A stretch of DNA of 64,000 nucleotides, from assembly GCA_021817605.1 (NCBI GenBank), contig JAKAUN010000002.1:3676-67675 (forward strand). Direction: 5' to 3'. The notes below the pieces were generated by a model. It did no database searches, was not told the origin of the DNA, and saw nothing but the letters and a program-made list of their open reading frames with translations. Positions within the stretch are counted from its first letter, which is position 1, and each line of letters opens with the position of its first letter. A program made the position numbers and the translations under genes. This document shows, one piece after another, positions 38,715 through 47,118 of the stretch. The DNA is from Thermoplasmata archaeon. Its GTDB lineage: Archaea > Thermoplasmatota > Thermoplasmata > Lutacidiplasmatales > UBA184.

Positions 38715-39740
38715 ATGTTCGACGGTCCGACGGCGGACGCCCTCCACGGCCTCTCGCTCGCCCCGTCGATCGCGGTCGTCGGGCTCGGAGGCGCCGGTTC
38801 GGAGGCGGTCGACGACCTCGTCAACCTCGGCCTGCCGGGGGCGCGCTCGCTCGCGGTGAACACCGACGCCCGCCACCTCAGCCACGTCCGGGCCGAGGAG
38901 CGGATCCTTCTCGGCCAGCGAGAGCTCGGCGGACGCGGGAGCGGCGGCGACCGTGCGGCGGTCCTTCGTGCCGCCGAGGACAGCCGCGAGGAGATCCTCC
39001 GAAGGCTCTCACGGTTCGAGCTCGTCTTCCTTCTCGCCGGCCTCGGAGGCGGAACCGGGAGCGCCCTGCTCCCGTTCCTCGTCAAGGAGCTCAGGAAGAC
39101 CGAGGCGCTCCCCGTGCCGGTCGTCTTCCTGCCGTTCCGCGTGGAGCTCGAGGCGAACCCCGGCCGTCGGCAGAACGTCGAGGAGACGATCGCCGAGCTC
39201 GAAGGACTCGGGGGCCTCCTCCTCGTCCTCGCCAACGAGAAGCTCCGCCGGTTCGAGTCGCTGCCGGTCCACCGCGTCTTCGGCGTGCGCAACGCCTACC
39301 TCCACGCCCTGATCGCCAACCTGGTCGACATCGTCGACCATCCCTCGCAACTCAACGTCGATCTCGCGAGCGTGAAGAGCCACCTTCGTCAGTCGGGGCT
39401 CTCGACCCTGATCATCGGCGAGGAGCACATCTCCGAGCCGGCCCGGCTCGTGCAGCGCGCCCTCTCCGATTCGCTCCTTGATTTCGAGCTCCCCTACCGG
39501 CCGAGCGCGCTCGTCCACCTGGAAGGGGGAACGAACCTCACGCTCCGCGTCCTGGACGAGGTGCTCCACACCGTTCGGGAGCACCTCGGCGAGCCGGCCC
39601 GCCTCACCTTCGGGGCGAGGATCCGCCCGGAACCGTGCGAGGTCGTCCGACTGACCGCTGTCCTCGGCGGGCTCAAGCCCCGCACCGTCCACGAGGCCGT
39701 CGCCCGGCTTCCCCCGTCGGCTCCGCTCGCCGCCCGCTAG
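38715..39740 (+). CDS. Short divergent FtsZ/tubulin-family GTPase, 341 aa. T7-loop Asp is replaced by Ser and there is no C-terminal linker/tail
   Basis: Internal ATG of read-through ORF 37242..39740, 14 nt after the RHH stop. IAVVGLGGAGSEAVDDL (G1 box), AVNTDARHL, ELVFLLAGLGGGTGSALLP (the tubulin signature GGGTGSG-like), VVFLPFRVE...ANEKL, QLNVDLASVKS (cf. FtsZ NVDFADV). Confidence 0.8.
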   Translation: MFDGPTADALHGLSLAPSIAVVGLGGAGSEAVDDLVNLGLPGARSLAVNTDARHLSHVRAEERILLGQRELGGRGSGGDRAAVLRAAEDSREEILRRLSRFELVFLLAGLGGGTGSALLPFLVKELRKTEALPVPVVFLPFRVELEANPGRRQNVEETIAELEGLGGLLLVLANEKLRRFESLPVHRVFGVRNAYLHALIANLVDIVDHPSQLNVDLASVKSHLRQSGLSTLIIGEEHISEPARLVQRALSDSLLDFELPYRPSALVHLEGGTNLTLRVLDEVLHTVREHLGEPARLTFGARIRPEPCEVVRLTAVLGGLKPRTVHEAVARLPPSAPLAAR

Positions 39741-40375
39741 CCTTCGGGCCGCGCCCGAGCCTCCCGGGACCGAGCCCGGGCTTCCCGGACGTCGAGCTCG
39801 TGGTGAAAGATGTCCAGCACCTGGCTGGTCCGCAGCACCCTCGGGCCGACCGACAGCCGGGGGACCCCGCTCCGTTCGAGGACCGCGCGCTCCTCGACTG
39901 TCGGGTCGTGGGGGTCGGAGACGACCGCCGCGACCTCCGGGCCGGCCGGGAGCCCCTCCGCGAGCGGGTTTCCGTCCTCGGAAAGCCAGAGAGCGCCCGA
40001 CCGGGAGAGAAAGCTCCCGAGGTAGGCGAGGGGGTCGACCGGTCCCACGGAGAGACCCGGCGAGGACTCGAAGTCACGCTCGACGTTCGCGGCACGCACG
40101 AGGGCGTTCTTGAGCAGAGCGGCGGTCGACCGCTCGTCCGGATTGAGATAGCGGAGGCGGGCCCCGACAAGCTCCACCCGGCGGGAGGCCGGGGGAGGCT
40201 CGGCGGCGAAGAGGATCGCGACCTCGGTGTCGCGGCGAAGGGTGTTCGACAGGGTGAAGGCGGTCGAGACCGCGCGGGCGACCTCGTCCATCCGTCCCGC
40301 GCCGCCCGCGAGGTCGTTGAGAGTGAACTCCCCCCGGACCGGAACCTTGTGGGCGAGCAGGAGGAAGCGGCGCAT
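39737..40375 (-). CDS. trmY: tRNA (pseudouridine54-N1)-methyltransferase TrmY (SPOUT, DUF358)
   Basis: Met at codon 113 of track ORF 39737..40711: MRRFLLLAHKVPVRGEFTLNDLAGGAGRMDEVARAVSTAFTLSNTLRRDTEVAILF. Upstream codons are R/P-rich noise. Confidence 0.8.
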   Translation of the reverse strand: MRRFLLLAHKVPVRGEFTLNDLAGGAGRMDEVARAVSTAFTLSNTLRRDTEVAILFAAEPPPASRRVELVGARLRYLNPDERSTAALLKNALVRAANVERDFESSPGLSVGPVDPLAYLGSFLSRSGALWLSEDGNPLAEGLPAGPEVAAVVSDPHDPTVEERAVLERSGVPRLSVGPRVLRTSQVLDIFHHELDVREARARSREARARPEG

Positions 40376-40428
40376 CGCCCGCCAGCGGGGCGCCGGGCCG
40401 CTATAACTTTGGGCGGACGGAGAGTCGT

Positions 40429-41091
40429 CTACCCGACCCCGCCCGCGCGACGGCCACGCGGGGCGGCGGGAGGCTCCGGCGCGGGGCTCTGGCGTCGCTC
40501 GAGCCAGATCTCGTCGCCGAGCTCGTGGTAGACGGCGTGGTCGGCCATGCCGGTCCCCCGCTCCCCGTGGGGGAGACGGAAGCCCGAGGCCCGGTTGAGG
40601 TTCGGCGAGTAGACGACATCGGCCTCGCCGGCGGCAGCCATCGCCGCGGACTCCTCCCGAGCCAGCTCGAAGATGCGCTCCTTGCGGAACATCCAGTAGT
40701 GGATGCGCCACTCGCGCCCGTCGTAGAGGGTGGTCTCGTCCCGCTCGGTCTCGAGGATCCCGGTGTCCTCCAGCATGTAGAACGTGTCGCGGTCGTCCGG
40801 CTCTAGGACGTTGTCGATGATACGCTCGTTGAAGCCAAAGAAGTTGAGGACGTGGGCAGCGATCGAGCGGGCATCCTCGGCACGCATCCCGTCGTGCCCG
40901 ACGGAGCGGCGGATCGCCTTGGCGAGCGAGTCGAAATCGACCGGCCCGCTCGCGTCGACCAACGTCGCGTCGGTCGGCAGACCCATCCGGGTCTGCGAGA
41001 TGTCCTCCGCGGTCCTCAACGGGACCGGGTTCCTAAGAGTATAATGCGCCGTGCCCTCCGCCCGCGAAGGGCGCCCCCCCGTGCCCGTCAC
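40429..41091 (-). CDS. Hypothetical protein; start may be Met36 at 40986
   Basis: Balanced composition (..NFFGFNERIIDNVLEPDDRDTFYMLEDTGILETERDETTLYDGREWRIHYWMFRKERIFELA..). No family recognised. Confidence 0.4.
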   Translation of the reverse strand: MTGTGGRPSRAEGTAHYTLRNPVPLRTAEDISQTRMGLPTDATLVDASGPVDFDSLAKAIRRSVGHDGMRAEDARSIAAHVLNFFGFNERIIDNVLEPDDRDTFYMLEDTGILETERDETTLYDGREWRIHYWMFRKERIFELAREESAAMAAAGEADVVYSPNLNRASGFRLPHGERGTGMADHAVYHELGDEIWLERRQSPAPEPPAAPRGRRAGGVG

Positions 41092-41189
41092 GAACGAATC
41101 TATCCTCTGGTTCGCTATTTATATCTTGGCTGAGCCCCAAGGACCGAAAGGAACGACCCCATCCCGCGCGGGCGGCCGTCCGAGGCTCT

Positions 41190-41771
41190 TCAGAGCACGA
41201 CCCGACGGCCCCGTCCGACGCGCTGAAGCGCCTCGACCCCCGGACGCCACTCCTCCTCCTCGATCCGGAACTCGACCTCCGCGAGCTGGGAGAGCTCCTT
41301 CGGGAACGGCAGGAGAGACTTCGCGAGGTAGACGTGGGCGTACGGCGAGCCGGACGGGGCGCTCCAGCCCTTGCCCGTGTCCACCACGCCGCGGAACTCG
41401 TAGTACTCGGGCGCCGGCAAGAACCAGACCACGCTGTCGTCGGTCGCTCTCAGTCCCGAGGGCGGACGAGGAAGGAGCTGGAGCCCGAGGTGGTGGGCGA
41501 CCTGAGCGGGGAGCGTGAAGAGCAGCCGTTCGCCCGGGCGCGCGGTGGCGATGAGACGGTTGCGGACCGTCTCCACCGCGAGGGCCTCCCGAGCGGGGTA
41601 GGTCGCGATCACCCGCGCGATCCCCGACCCCCGGCTGAGGAAGGAGATCGAGCGGCTTGCGGGCCGACCACCCGCCCCGACCGGGTCGTAGCGGAGGAGC
41701 GCGGCGACCTCGGTGGGAAGCTGCATGGTGAGCCACGTCGGGTGCGTCGCGCGCAGGACGACGTACTCCAT
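41190..41771 (-). CDS. Hypothetical protein with two putative swapped-hairpin (AbrB/MraZ-like) motifs
   Basis: WLTMQLPTEVAALLRYDP and RLLFTLPAQVAHHLGLQLL resemble the xvxIPxxVRxxLGL beta-hairpin motifs. The competing overlapping ORFs are R-rich artefacts. Confidence 0.4.
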   Translation of the reverse strand: MEYVVLRATHPTWLTMQLPTEVAALLRYDPVGAGGRPASRSISFLSRGSGIARVIATYPAREALAVETVRNRLIATARPGERLLFTLPAQVAHHLGLQLLPRPPSGLRATDDSVVWFLPAPEYYEFRGVVDTGKGWSAPSGSPYAHVYLAKSLLPFPKELSQLAEVEFRIEEEEWRPGVEALQRVGRGRRVVL

Positions 41772-41850
41772 CGCCGGTAGCCACCGCGCCAGGCTATAAG
41801 AAATCTGTCAGAAGGACGGCCTATCGGCGGAACGTGCAGGGGCGGACGGT

Positions 41851-43173
41851 CTACTCCGCGGGAGGGGCGAGGTCGTACTCGCCGCCCTCGGGCGGAAGGG
41901 CCGTGTCGAGCCACGGCCGCAAGGCGCCTTCGGGTTCCCTGCGTCCCGCCGACCCGAGATGGCGGACGAAAGGCCGCGCTCCGATCGGGGAGAGAAGGGT
42001 GGTCGCGACGCCCACTCCCGCGACCACGGTGAACAGCTCGGGGGAGAAGATCCCCCGCACCTCGAGGATGACGGCCATGGCGAGCTCGACCGCTCCCCGG
42101 CTTGCGACCAGGAAGCCGGCGCCGAGCGCCTCGGACGGCGACCAGCCGAACAGGCGGGTCACCATCGCTCCGACGGCGACCTTGGAGAGAAGGGCGAACA
42201 GGCAGAGGGCCGCGAACGAGAATAGGACGAGAGGGGAGGAGACCAGGCTCCTCAGGTTCATGTCGAAGCCGACCAGCGCGAAGAACAGGGGGATGAAGAA
42301 CCCCCAGGTTATCGTATCGAAGACGCGGGCGATCTGGCGGTGCTCGTGGGGCCCGGCGCTCTCGGGGGTGATGAGCAGCCCGGCGTAGAAGGCGCCGACC
42401 AGGAAGGTGAGGCCGAGGGCCTGGGAGTAGAGCGCCGCCCCGAGACCGCTCACCATGAGGATGGCAAAGCCGGCCTCCCGCGAGCGCCAGCTGCCCCGGA
42501 ACCGGGCGACCCAGCGGTCCCAGATGCGCAGGTGACGGAGGCTCCGCAGCCCGTTGTGGACGGCCAGAATGGACGTGAGGAACACCCCCACGGTGAGCAC
42601 CGCGACCGCCACGGCGGTCGTGGTAGAGCCGTGCGCGCCCCAGACGCTCAGGAGGATCGAGAAGGTCGTCACCGCCGCAAGCTCGTTGAGGAGCGAGCTG
42701 TTGAGCAGGGTCGTCCCGAACTTGCTTCCGAGCAGGCCGAACTCCCGCAGCATGATCCCAAGGACGGGGAGCGCCGTGATCGAGATGGTCAGCGCGACGA
42801 AGAGGTCGGTCGTGGTGGAGAACGCCGGATAGAGCAGGTGGACGACCTCGGCCCCGGCAAGGAACGGGGCGACGAACATGGTGATCCCCAACGCCGCCGC
42901 GGGGACGCCGGTCGCGTAGACCTGCTCGGGCGTGACGGCGAGGCCGGCGGTCATCAGGATGAAGAACGTCGCCAGGAACTGCAGTCCCGTGAGCTCCGTG
43001 TTGAGGCTCAGGAAGCCGAGGGGCGCGCCGAGGAGCGTCGGGCCGAAGACGACCCCGACCGCGAGCTGGCCGACCAGCGCGGCCTGCCCGAGCCGGCTCA
43101 TGAGCTCGCCCACGAGCACCGAGCAGGCGACCAGCAGGAACAGCGCGACGATGAACAGCGTCGTGGGGTCCAT
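41851..43173 (-). CDS. Monovalent cation:proton antiporter (CPA2/Kef-NapA type)
   Basis: Met at codon 87 of track ORF 41851..43431: MDPTTLFIVALFLLVACSVLVGELMSRLGQAALVGQLAVGVVFGP... with 12-13 TM helices. Confidence 0.85.
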   Translation of the reverse strand: MDPTTLFIVALFLLVACSVLVGELMSRLGQAALVGQLAVGVVFGPTLLGAPLGFLSLNTELTGLQFLATFFILMTAGLAVTPEQVYATGVPAAALGITMFVAPFLAGAEVVHLLYPAFSTTTDLFVALTISITALPVLGIMLREFGLLGSKFGTTLLNSSLLNELAAVTTFSILLSVWGAHGSTTTAVAVAVLTVGVFLTSILAVHNGLRSLRHLRIWDRWVARFRGSWRSREAGFAILMVSGLGAALYSQALGLTFLVGAFYAGLLITPESAGPHEHRQIARVFDTITWGFFIPLFFALVGFDMNLRSLVSSPLVLFSFAALCLFALLSKVAVGAMVTRLFGWSPSEALGAGFLVASRGAVELAMAVILEVRGIFSPELFTVVAGVGVATTLLSPIGARPFVRHLGSAGRREPEGALRPWLDTALPPEGGEYDLAPPAE

Positions 43174-43444
43174 GCGATCGACCTCCTGTTGTACCAGCTG
43201 ACGGCGAAACGCCCCGGCTCGTCGTCCGCCACCCCCCACGGGACATTCCGGCGGTCGACGGGGTCCGGGCCAGCGCCTTCTTGTGCAGGCGAACCTGCCA
43301 CCCCTTTTATGGGGCGCCTTCCAGGGGGCGGACCGCTGCTTAAGCCGCCGGCGCCCTGCGGACGGGGTGACCTCGCCTTCCGCGCCCCGGCCGCGACGCA
43401 GCAAAGAGACTTCGCCCCCCGGCTCGGCCATCGACGAACGGAGG

Positions 43445-43831
43445 ATGCGCGCGCTCGCCGAGCCGCTGGATGTGCGGTGGAGGTCCCGCGAGCCCTACCC
43501 CCTTCTCGAGGTGCGCAACCCGCTCCGCGGGACGCGCTATCTCGTACTGCTGCCGGCCTACCCCGACCGGGAGAGCGCCCTGTGCACGTGCACCGATTTC
43601 GCCCGGCGGGGCCTGGGAGACTGCAAGCACATCGAGTCCGCGTGGCGTTGGCTCGGCTCCCGTTCCGAGACCGACGACCCGCTCCCCGCCGTGGAGGAGC
43701 GGCCGGCGCCTCCCGCTGTGTGGGAAGAGGTGGATCGCCGCCTTCGTGGTGATCCCCCTCTCGAGCTACGGGACATTCGCGCGCTAGGCGCTCCGGGAAG
43801 GGTGCTCTTCGAGCGGAGAAGCGAGGGCTGA
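43445..43831 (+). CDS. SWIM zinc-finger domain protein
   Basis: YLVLLPAYPDRESALCTCTDFARRGLGDCKHIESAWRW matches C-x-C-xn-C-x-H. Confidence 0.6.
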   Translation: MRALAEPLDVRWRSREPYPLLEVRNPLRGTRYLVLLPAYPDRESALCTCTDFARRGLGDCKHIESAWRWLGSRSETDDPLPAVEERPAPPAVWEEVDRRLRGDPPLELRDIRALGAPGRVLFERRSEG

Positions 43832-44202
43832 GGGCCGTCCACGGCCCAGCGGCTGCGCCCCGTCCCCGGAACGCTCGCTCCGGGGCGTTGTTGAACCGGC
43901 ACGCCGTTCCGCTCGTTCGGGGTCATCGTGCCCGGGAACCCGCAGACGATCGCACCCGCGGAGCGCCCGCTTCTGAACGCGATCCCGGTGGAAGGGTACG
44001 AGGGGGGAACCCGGCAGCGAACCGGACTTCCCGTCACGCTCCTCCGGCCCTCGGCCCTTCTGACCGCTACGGCGGAGGACTCTCGGGAACGGAGCCCGCC
44101 TGGAGGAAAGGTCCCCCAAGGCAGGGACGGGACCGCTGGCGAAAGCGGGTCGGGAGAAGGCGGAAGGAAGAGGTTCGCCCTGAGACGACCGACCGAGGGG
44201 CC

Positions 44203-45912
44203 CTAGGTCGACATCCCCGGCGCGCTCTTGAGCGCCCGGATCTTGTAGTACTCGGGGTCGACGATGACCTCGCCGTTGACGCCCATCGTCTCGATCGTCT
44301 TCAGCTTGAGGCCGCCCTGCGACTTCGCCCGCTGCCAGTCGGGGATCGGGATCGAGAACTTCTTCTCGACCTCGGTCCGGTAGATCGGCCCGGAGTTGTA
44401 CGAGCAGAACGGGATGACCCGCCCGTCCGGGACCGCGTAGTGGATGTCGCAGCGCATCAGCCGCTGGATGTCGTAGTCGTAGGCGTCCTGGAAGTGCATG
44501 TTGCCGATGTAGAGCGTCCTCCAGGTGAACTTCGCGACGGCCTCCTTGTTGCCCTCGGTGAAGATCGAGGCGATCAGCCGCACGCAGTTCTTCTCCGTCA
44601 CGCCCTCCGGCGCCTTGGTGAAGTCGAAGTACTTCGCGACGTCGTGGAGGAGCCGCGCCCCGGCGACCACCGTCCGCACGCGCGAGAACCGCGCGTCGCG
44701 GTACTTCTCGATCATCCCCTCGACGTTCTCGAAGAAGCCGTCGACGTCCATGAACCGCGGCAGCGGGGTGATCTTCTCCCCGTCCTTGGAGACGAAGGCG
44801 AAGGTCGCGCAGCCGCAGCCCGGGTGCGTCGTGAGGGTCATCTTCTCCTCGCCGTGGATGATCGAGGCGAGCTCGGAGATCGGCGCGACCGACGGCACGG
44901 GGAAGAAGTCGGACTTGTCGAAGGGCCCGTCGGTGCAGAGGATGCGGACGAGGTCGGACTGGGTGAACCGCATCTGGAAGCGGTCCTTGTCGGGGATGCG
45001 GGCGGTCAGGGCGACCGGCTGGAAGTTGACGCCGCGCACGACGTCAAGGTTGTCGATCGCGAACTTGACCGTCGGCCAGATCTCCTTCTCGTTGAACCCG
45101 CCGACCAGCGTCGGGACGAGCACGACGGAGAGAGGCTTGTCCGGCTTACCCGCGGCGAGCTCGGAGGCCGGCGAGTGGGTCTCGCGGGCCGCCTGGATCG
45201 CCTTCTGCTTCACCTTGAACAGCGGCACACCACGGACCTTGCGGTAGATCTCGTCGTCCAGACCGTCGAACTGCAGGTAGAGGGTGTGCAGGCCCGCGTC
45301 CCGGGAGGCCTGGGCGAAGCCGGGCTCGTTGGCCACGCGGATCCCGTTGGTCGCGACCTGGATCTGCTTGAAGCCGAGGTCGCGGGACATCGACACCGCG
45401 TCTAGGAACAGCGGAGAGAGGGTCGGCTCGCCTCCGGAGAACTGGACCGCGACGGTGCCGACCGGCTTCTGCTCGCGCAGGGTCTTCAGCATGAAGTAGA
45501 TCTGCTCGCGGGTGGGCTCGAAGACGTAGCCTGCGGCGTTCGCGTTCGCGAAGCAGACAGGGCACTTGAGATTGCAGCGGTTGGTCAGGTCCACCAGGGC
45601 GAGCCCGGTGTGCGACTTGTGGTGGCTGCACATCCCGCAGGTGGTGGGGCAGCCGCGGAACTTGTCGTAGTAGGGGTTCTCGTAGCCGACCCCGTCGTGG
45701 GCATAGACCTCCATCCGCAGGTAGAAGTCCACGTCGTTGGAGATGATGTCCCAGAAGTAGCCGTGGGCTCGGCAGGTCTTCTCCATGATGACCCGGCCGT
45801 CTTTCTCGCGGACGATGGCGGGAATGACCTTGATGCACTCCGGGCAGACCGAGGCGGTCTTCCGGGGGAGGCCCCGCGGGGCCTGGAACTCCTTCATCAC
45901 TCGTGCCGGCAT
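44203..45912 (-). CDS. Radical SAM enzyme resembling tetraether lipid synthase Tes (GDGT/MAS synthase); family assignment tentative
   Basis: 569 aa. N-terminal rubredoxin-like Cys ligands (CPECIK...CRAHG; GCPTTCGMCSHH). CNLKCPVCFANA is a CxxxCxxC radical SAM motif. Further Cys clusters (GCGCATF; CVRL; CDIHY; FCSYNSG) and a long C-terminal domain. Confidence 0.6.
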   Translation of the reverse strand: MPARVMKEFQAPRGLPRKTASVCPECIKVIPAIVREKDGRVIMEKTCRAHGYFWDIISNDVDFYLRMEVYAHDGVGYENPYYDKFRGCPTTCGMCSHHKSHTGLALVDLTNRCNLKCPVCFANANAAGYVFEPTREQIYFMLKTLREQKPVGTVAVQFSGGEPTLSPLFLDAVSMSRDLGFKQIQVATNGIRVANEPGFAQASRDAGLHTLYLQFDGLDDEIYRKVRGVPLFKVKQKAIQAARETHSPASELAAGKPDKPLSVVLVPTLVGGFNEKEIWPTVKFAIDNLDVVRGVNFQPVALTARIPDKDRFQMRFTQSDLVRILCTDGPFDKSDFFPVPSVAPISELASIIHGEEKMTLTTHPGCGCATFAFVSKDGEKITPLPRFMDVDGFFENVEGMIEKYRDARFSRVRTVVAGARLLHDVAKYFDFTKAPEGVTEKNCVRLIASIFTEGNKEAVAKFTWRTLYIGNMHFQDAYDYDIQRLMRCDIHYAVPDGRVIPFCSYNSGPIYRTEVEKKFSIPIPDWQRAKSQGGLKLKTIETMGVNGEVIVDPEYYKIRALKSAPGMST

Positions 45913-45999
45913 ACTTCGGTTCCTCCGTTTCCTGGTCCCTCGTTCCCGACTGGACCAAGAAGCTCACCCATCCCGCCCTACATAATCCATGTGTAGTTC

Positions 46000-46023
46000 G
46001 GACAGCGACAAATTCGGCTGTCC
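46000..46023. promoter_or_regulatory. Perfect inverted repeat GGACAGC-N10-GCTGTCC in the locally AT-richer divergent region upstream of the Tes-like gene
   Basis: Read directly. ~90-110 nt upstream of the 45912 start and ~140 nt upstream of ORF 46160. Confidence 0.35.
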
Positions 46024-46159
46024 ATGACGTGTATTCGCATGGTAGAAAGCGCTACAACTCTCGTCAGCCGGCCCGTCTTCGCTCCTCGCACGCCGCTGGC
46101 CTGCGTGCCGGTCCCGACGAGAGGTTAAGCGAGCCGACGGCTGGACCGGGGAACCTACC

Positions 46160-46744
46160 ATGGCTCCTTCGCGCACCTCCCGTCGGTCGAGCCGCCGCGG
46201 CGGCCGCTCCCGGAAAGCTGGGACCACGCGACGGGTCCGAAAGCCGCCCGTGCCGAAGTTCGTGGGGCGGGACCCTTCCCCTGTGCTGGACCGCTACCCC
46301 CCGCGGGCGCCGCACGAGGGGCGGCCGACGCCCACAGCCGCCTCCGTCGCGACACCGTCGCCGGCACCGAGCGGCCGGGTAGCCCCTCCGGCCCGCGCCG
46401 CGGCCCCCCCTGCCCCCGCCCAAGGGCCGCCGGCCGGCCTCATCCGGCTCGACCGGCCGTTCGACCTCGACGAGTTCTCCCGGCTCCTCGGGGAGACCTC
46501 GATCCGGCTGAAGGTGCCTCGGGAGAACCTCCTGGAGGTGCTCGGGCGCGTTTTGGAGTTCATGGGCTTCGGGATCTACGTCTACGCGATCTCGGTGCGT
46601 CCTGCGCCCGCCGCTCTCCTCAAGGAGTTCGAGGTGGAGCTCCAGCGCGTGGACTACTCTGCCGAGCGGAGCCGCTGGGAGCCGTTCGTGGAGAGGGGGA
46701 GCGCGTCGTCGCCCCCCGGTTCGAGCTCGGGGAGCCCTCCGTAG
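46160..46744 (+). CDS. Hypothetical protein: basic/Pro-rich disordered N-terminus plus ~90-aa globular C-terminal domain
   Basis: C-terminal LIRLDRPFDLDEFSRLLGETSIRLKVPRENLLEVLGRVLEFMGFGIYVYAISV looks structured. Start uncertain. Confidence 0.35.
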   Translation: MAPSRTSRRSSRRGGRSRKAGTTRRVRKPPVPKFVGRDPSPVLDRYPPRAPHEGRPTPTAASVATPSPAPSGRVAPPARAAAPPAPAQGPPAGLIRLDRPFDLDEFSRLLGETSIRLKVPRENLLEVLGRVLEFMGFGIYVYAISVRPAPAALLKEFEVELQRVDYSAERSRWEPFVERGSASSPPGSSSGSPP

Positions 46745-47118
46745 CCGGCGCTCCCTTCCGCGGACCTACCTCCTGCTCGCCCTTCGGAGCCGGCCGCAGC
46801 CGCTCGTCGGGGTGTTCATCTACTGGAAAGGGCTCGCCGAAGCCGAGAGGACCATGACGGCCGCTGGAGGATCCGACCGCTGGGAAGCCGAGCTCAAGGC
46901 GCTCCGGAGCGAGCTCAACGCCCTTCGGCAGGAACAGAGGGAGATGGCCGAGGCGATCAACCAGCTGCTGACGACCTTCCGGGGACTCGCGGCACATCTC
47001 GGGATCGCGACCGAGCCGTATGGCGGCCGCGGGACCCGCGCGTCGGAGCGCGACCTGCCCGGCTTCGGCTGAGCGGCTCGGACCTACGGGTTCCAAGACG
47101 GCCGTTGCCGATCGACGC

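Noticed and set aside
37242-39740. 832-aa plus-strand ORF
   Set aside because: The N-terminal 490 codons are P/R/G-rich and antisense to the GNAT gene. Only the last 341 codons (ATG 38715) are the FtsZ-like protein.
43300-43320. CCCCTTTTATGGGG palindrome as a promoter element
   Set aside because: It is ~130 nt from both flanking start codons (antiporter on minus, SWIM on plus), so the position fits neither a leaderless archaeal promoter nor a terminator. It is recorded only as an AT-containing palindrome.
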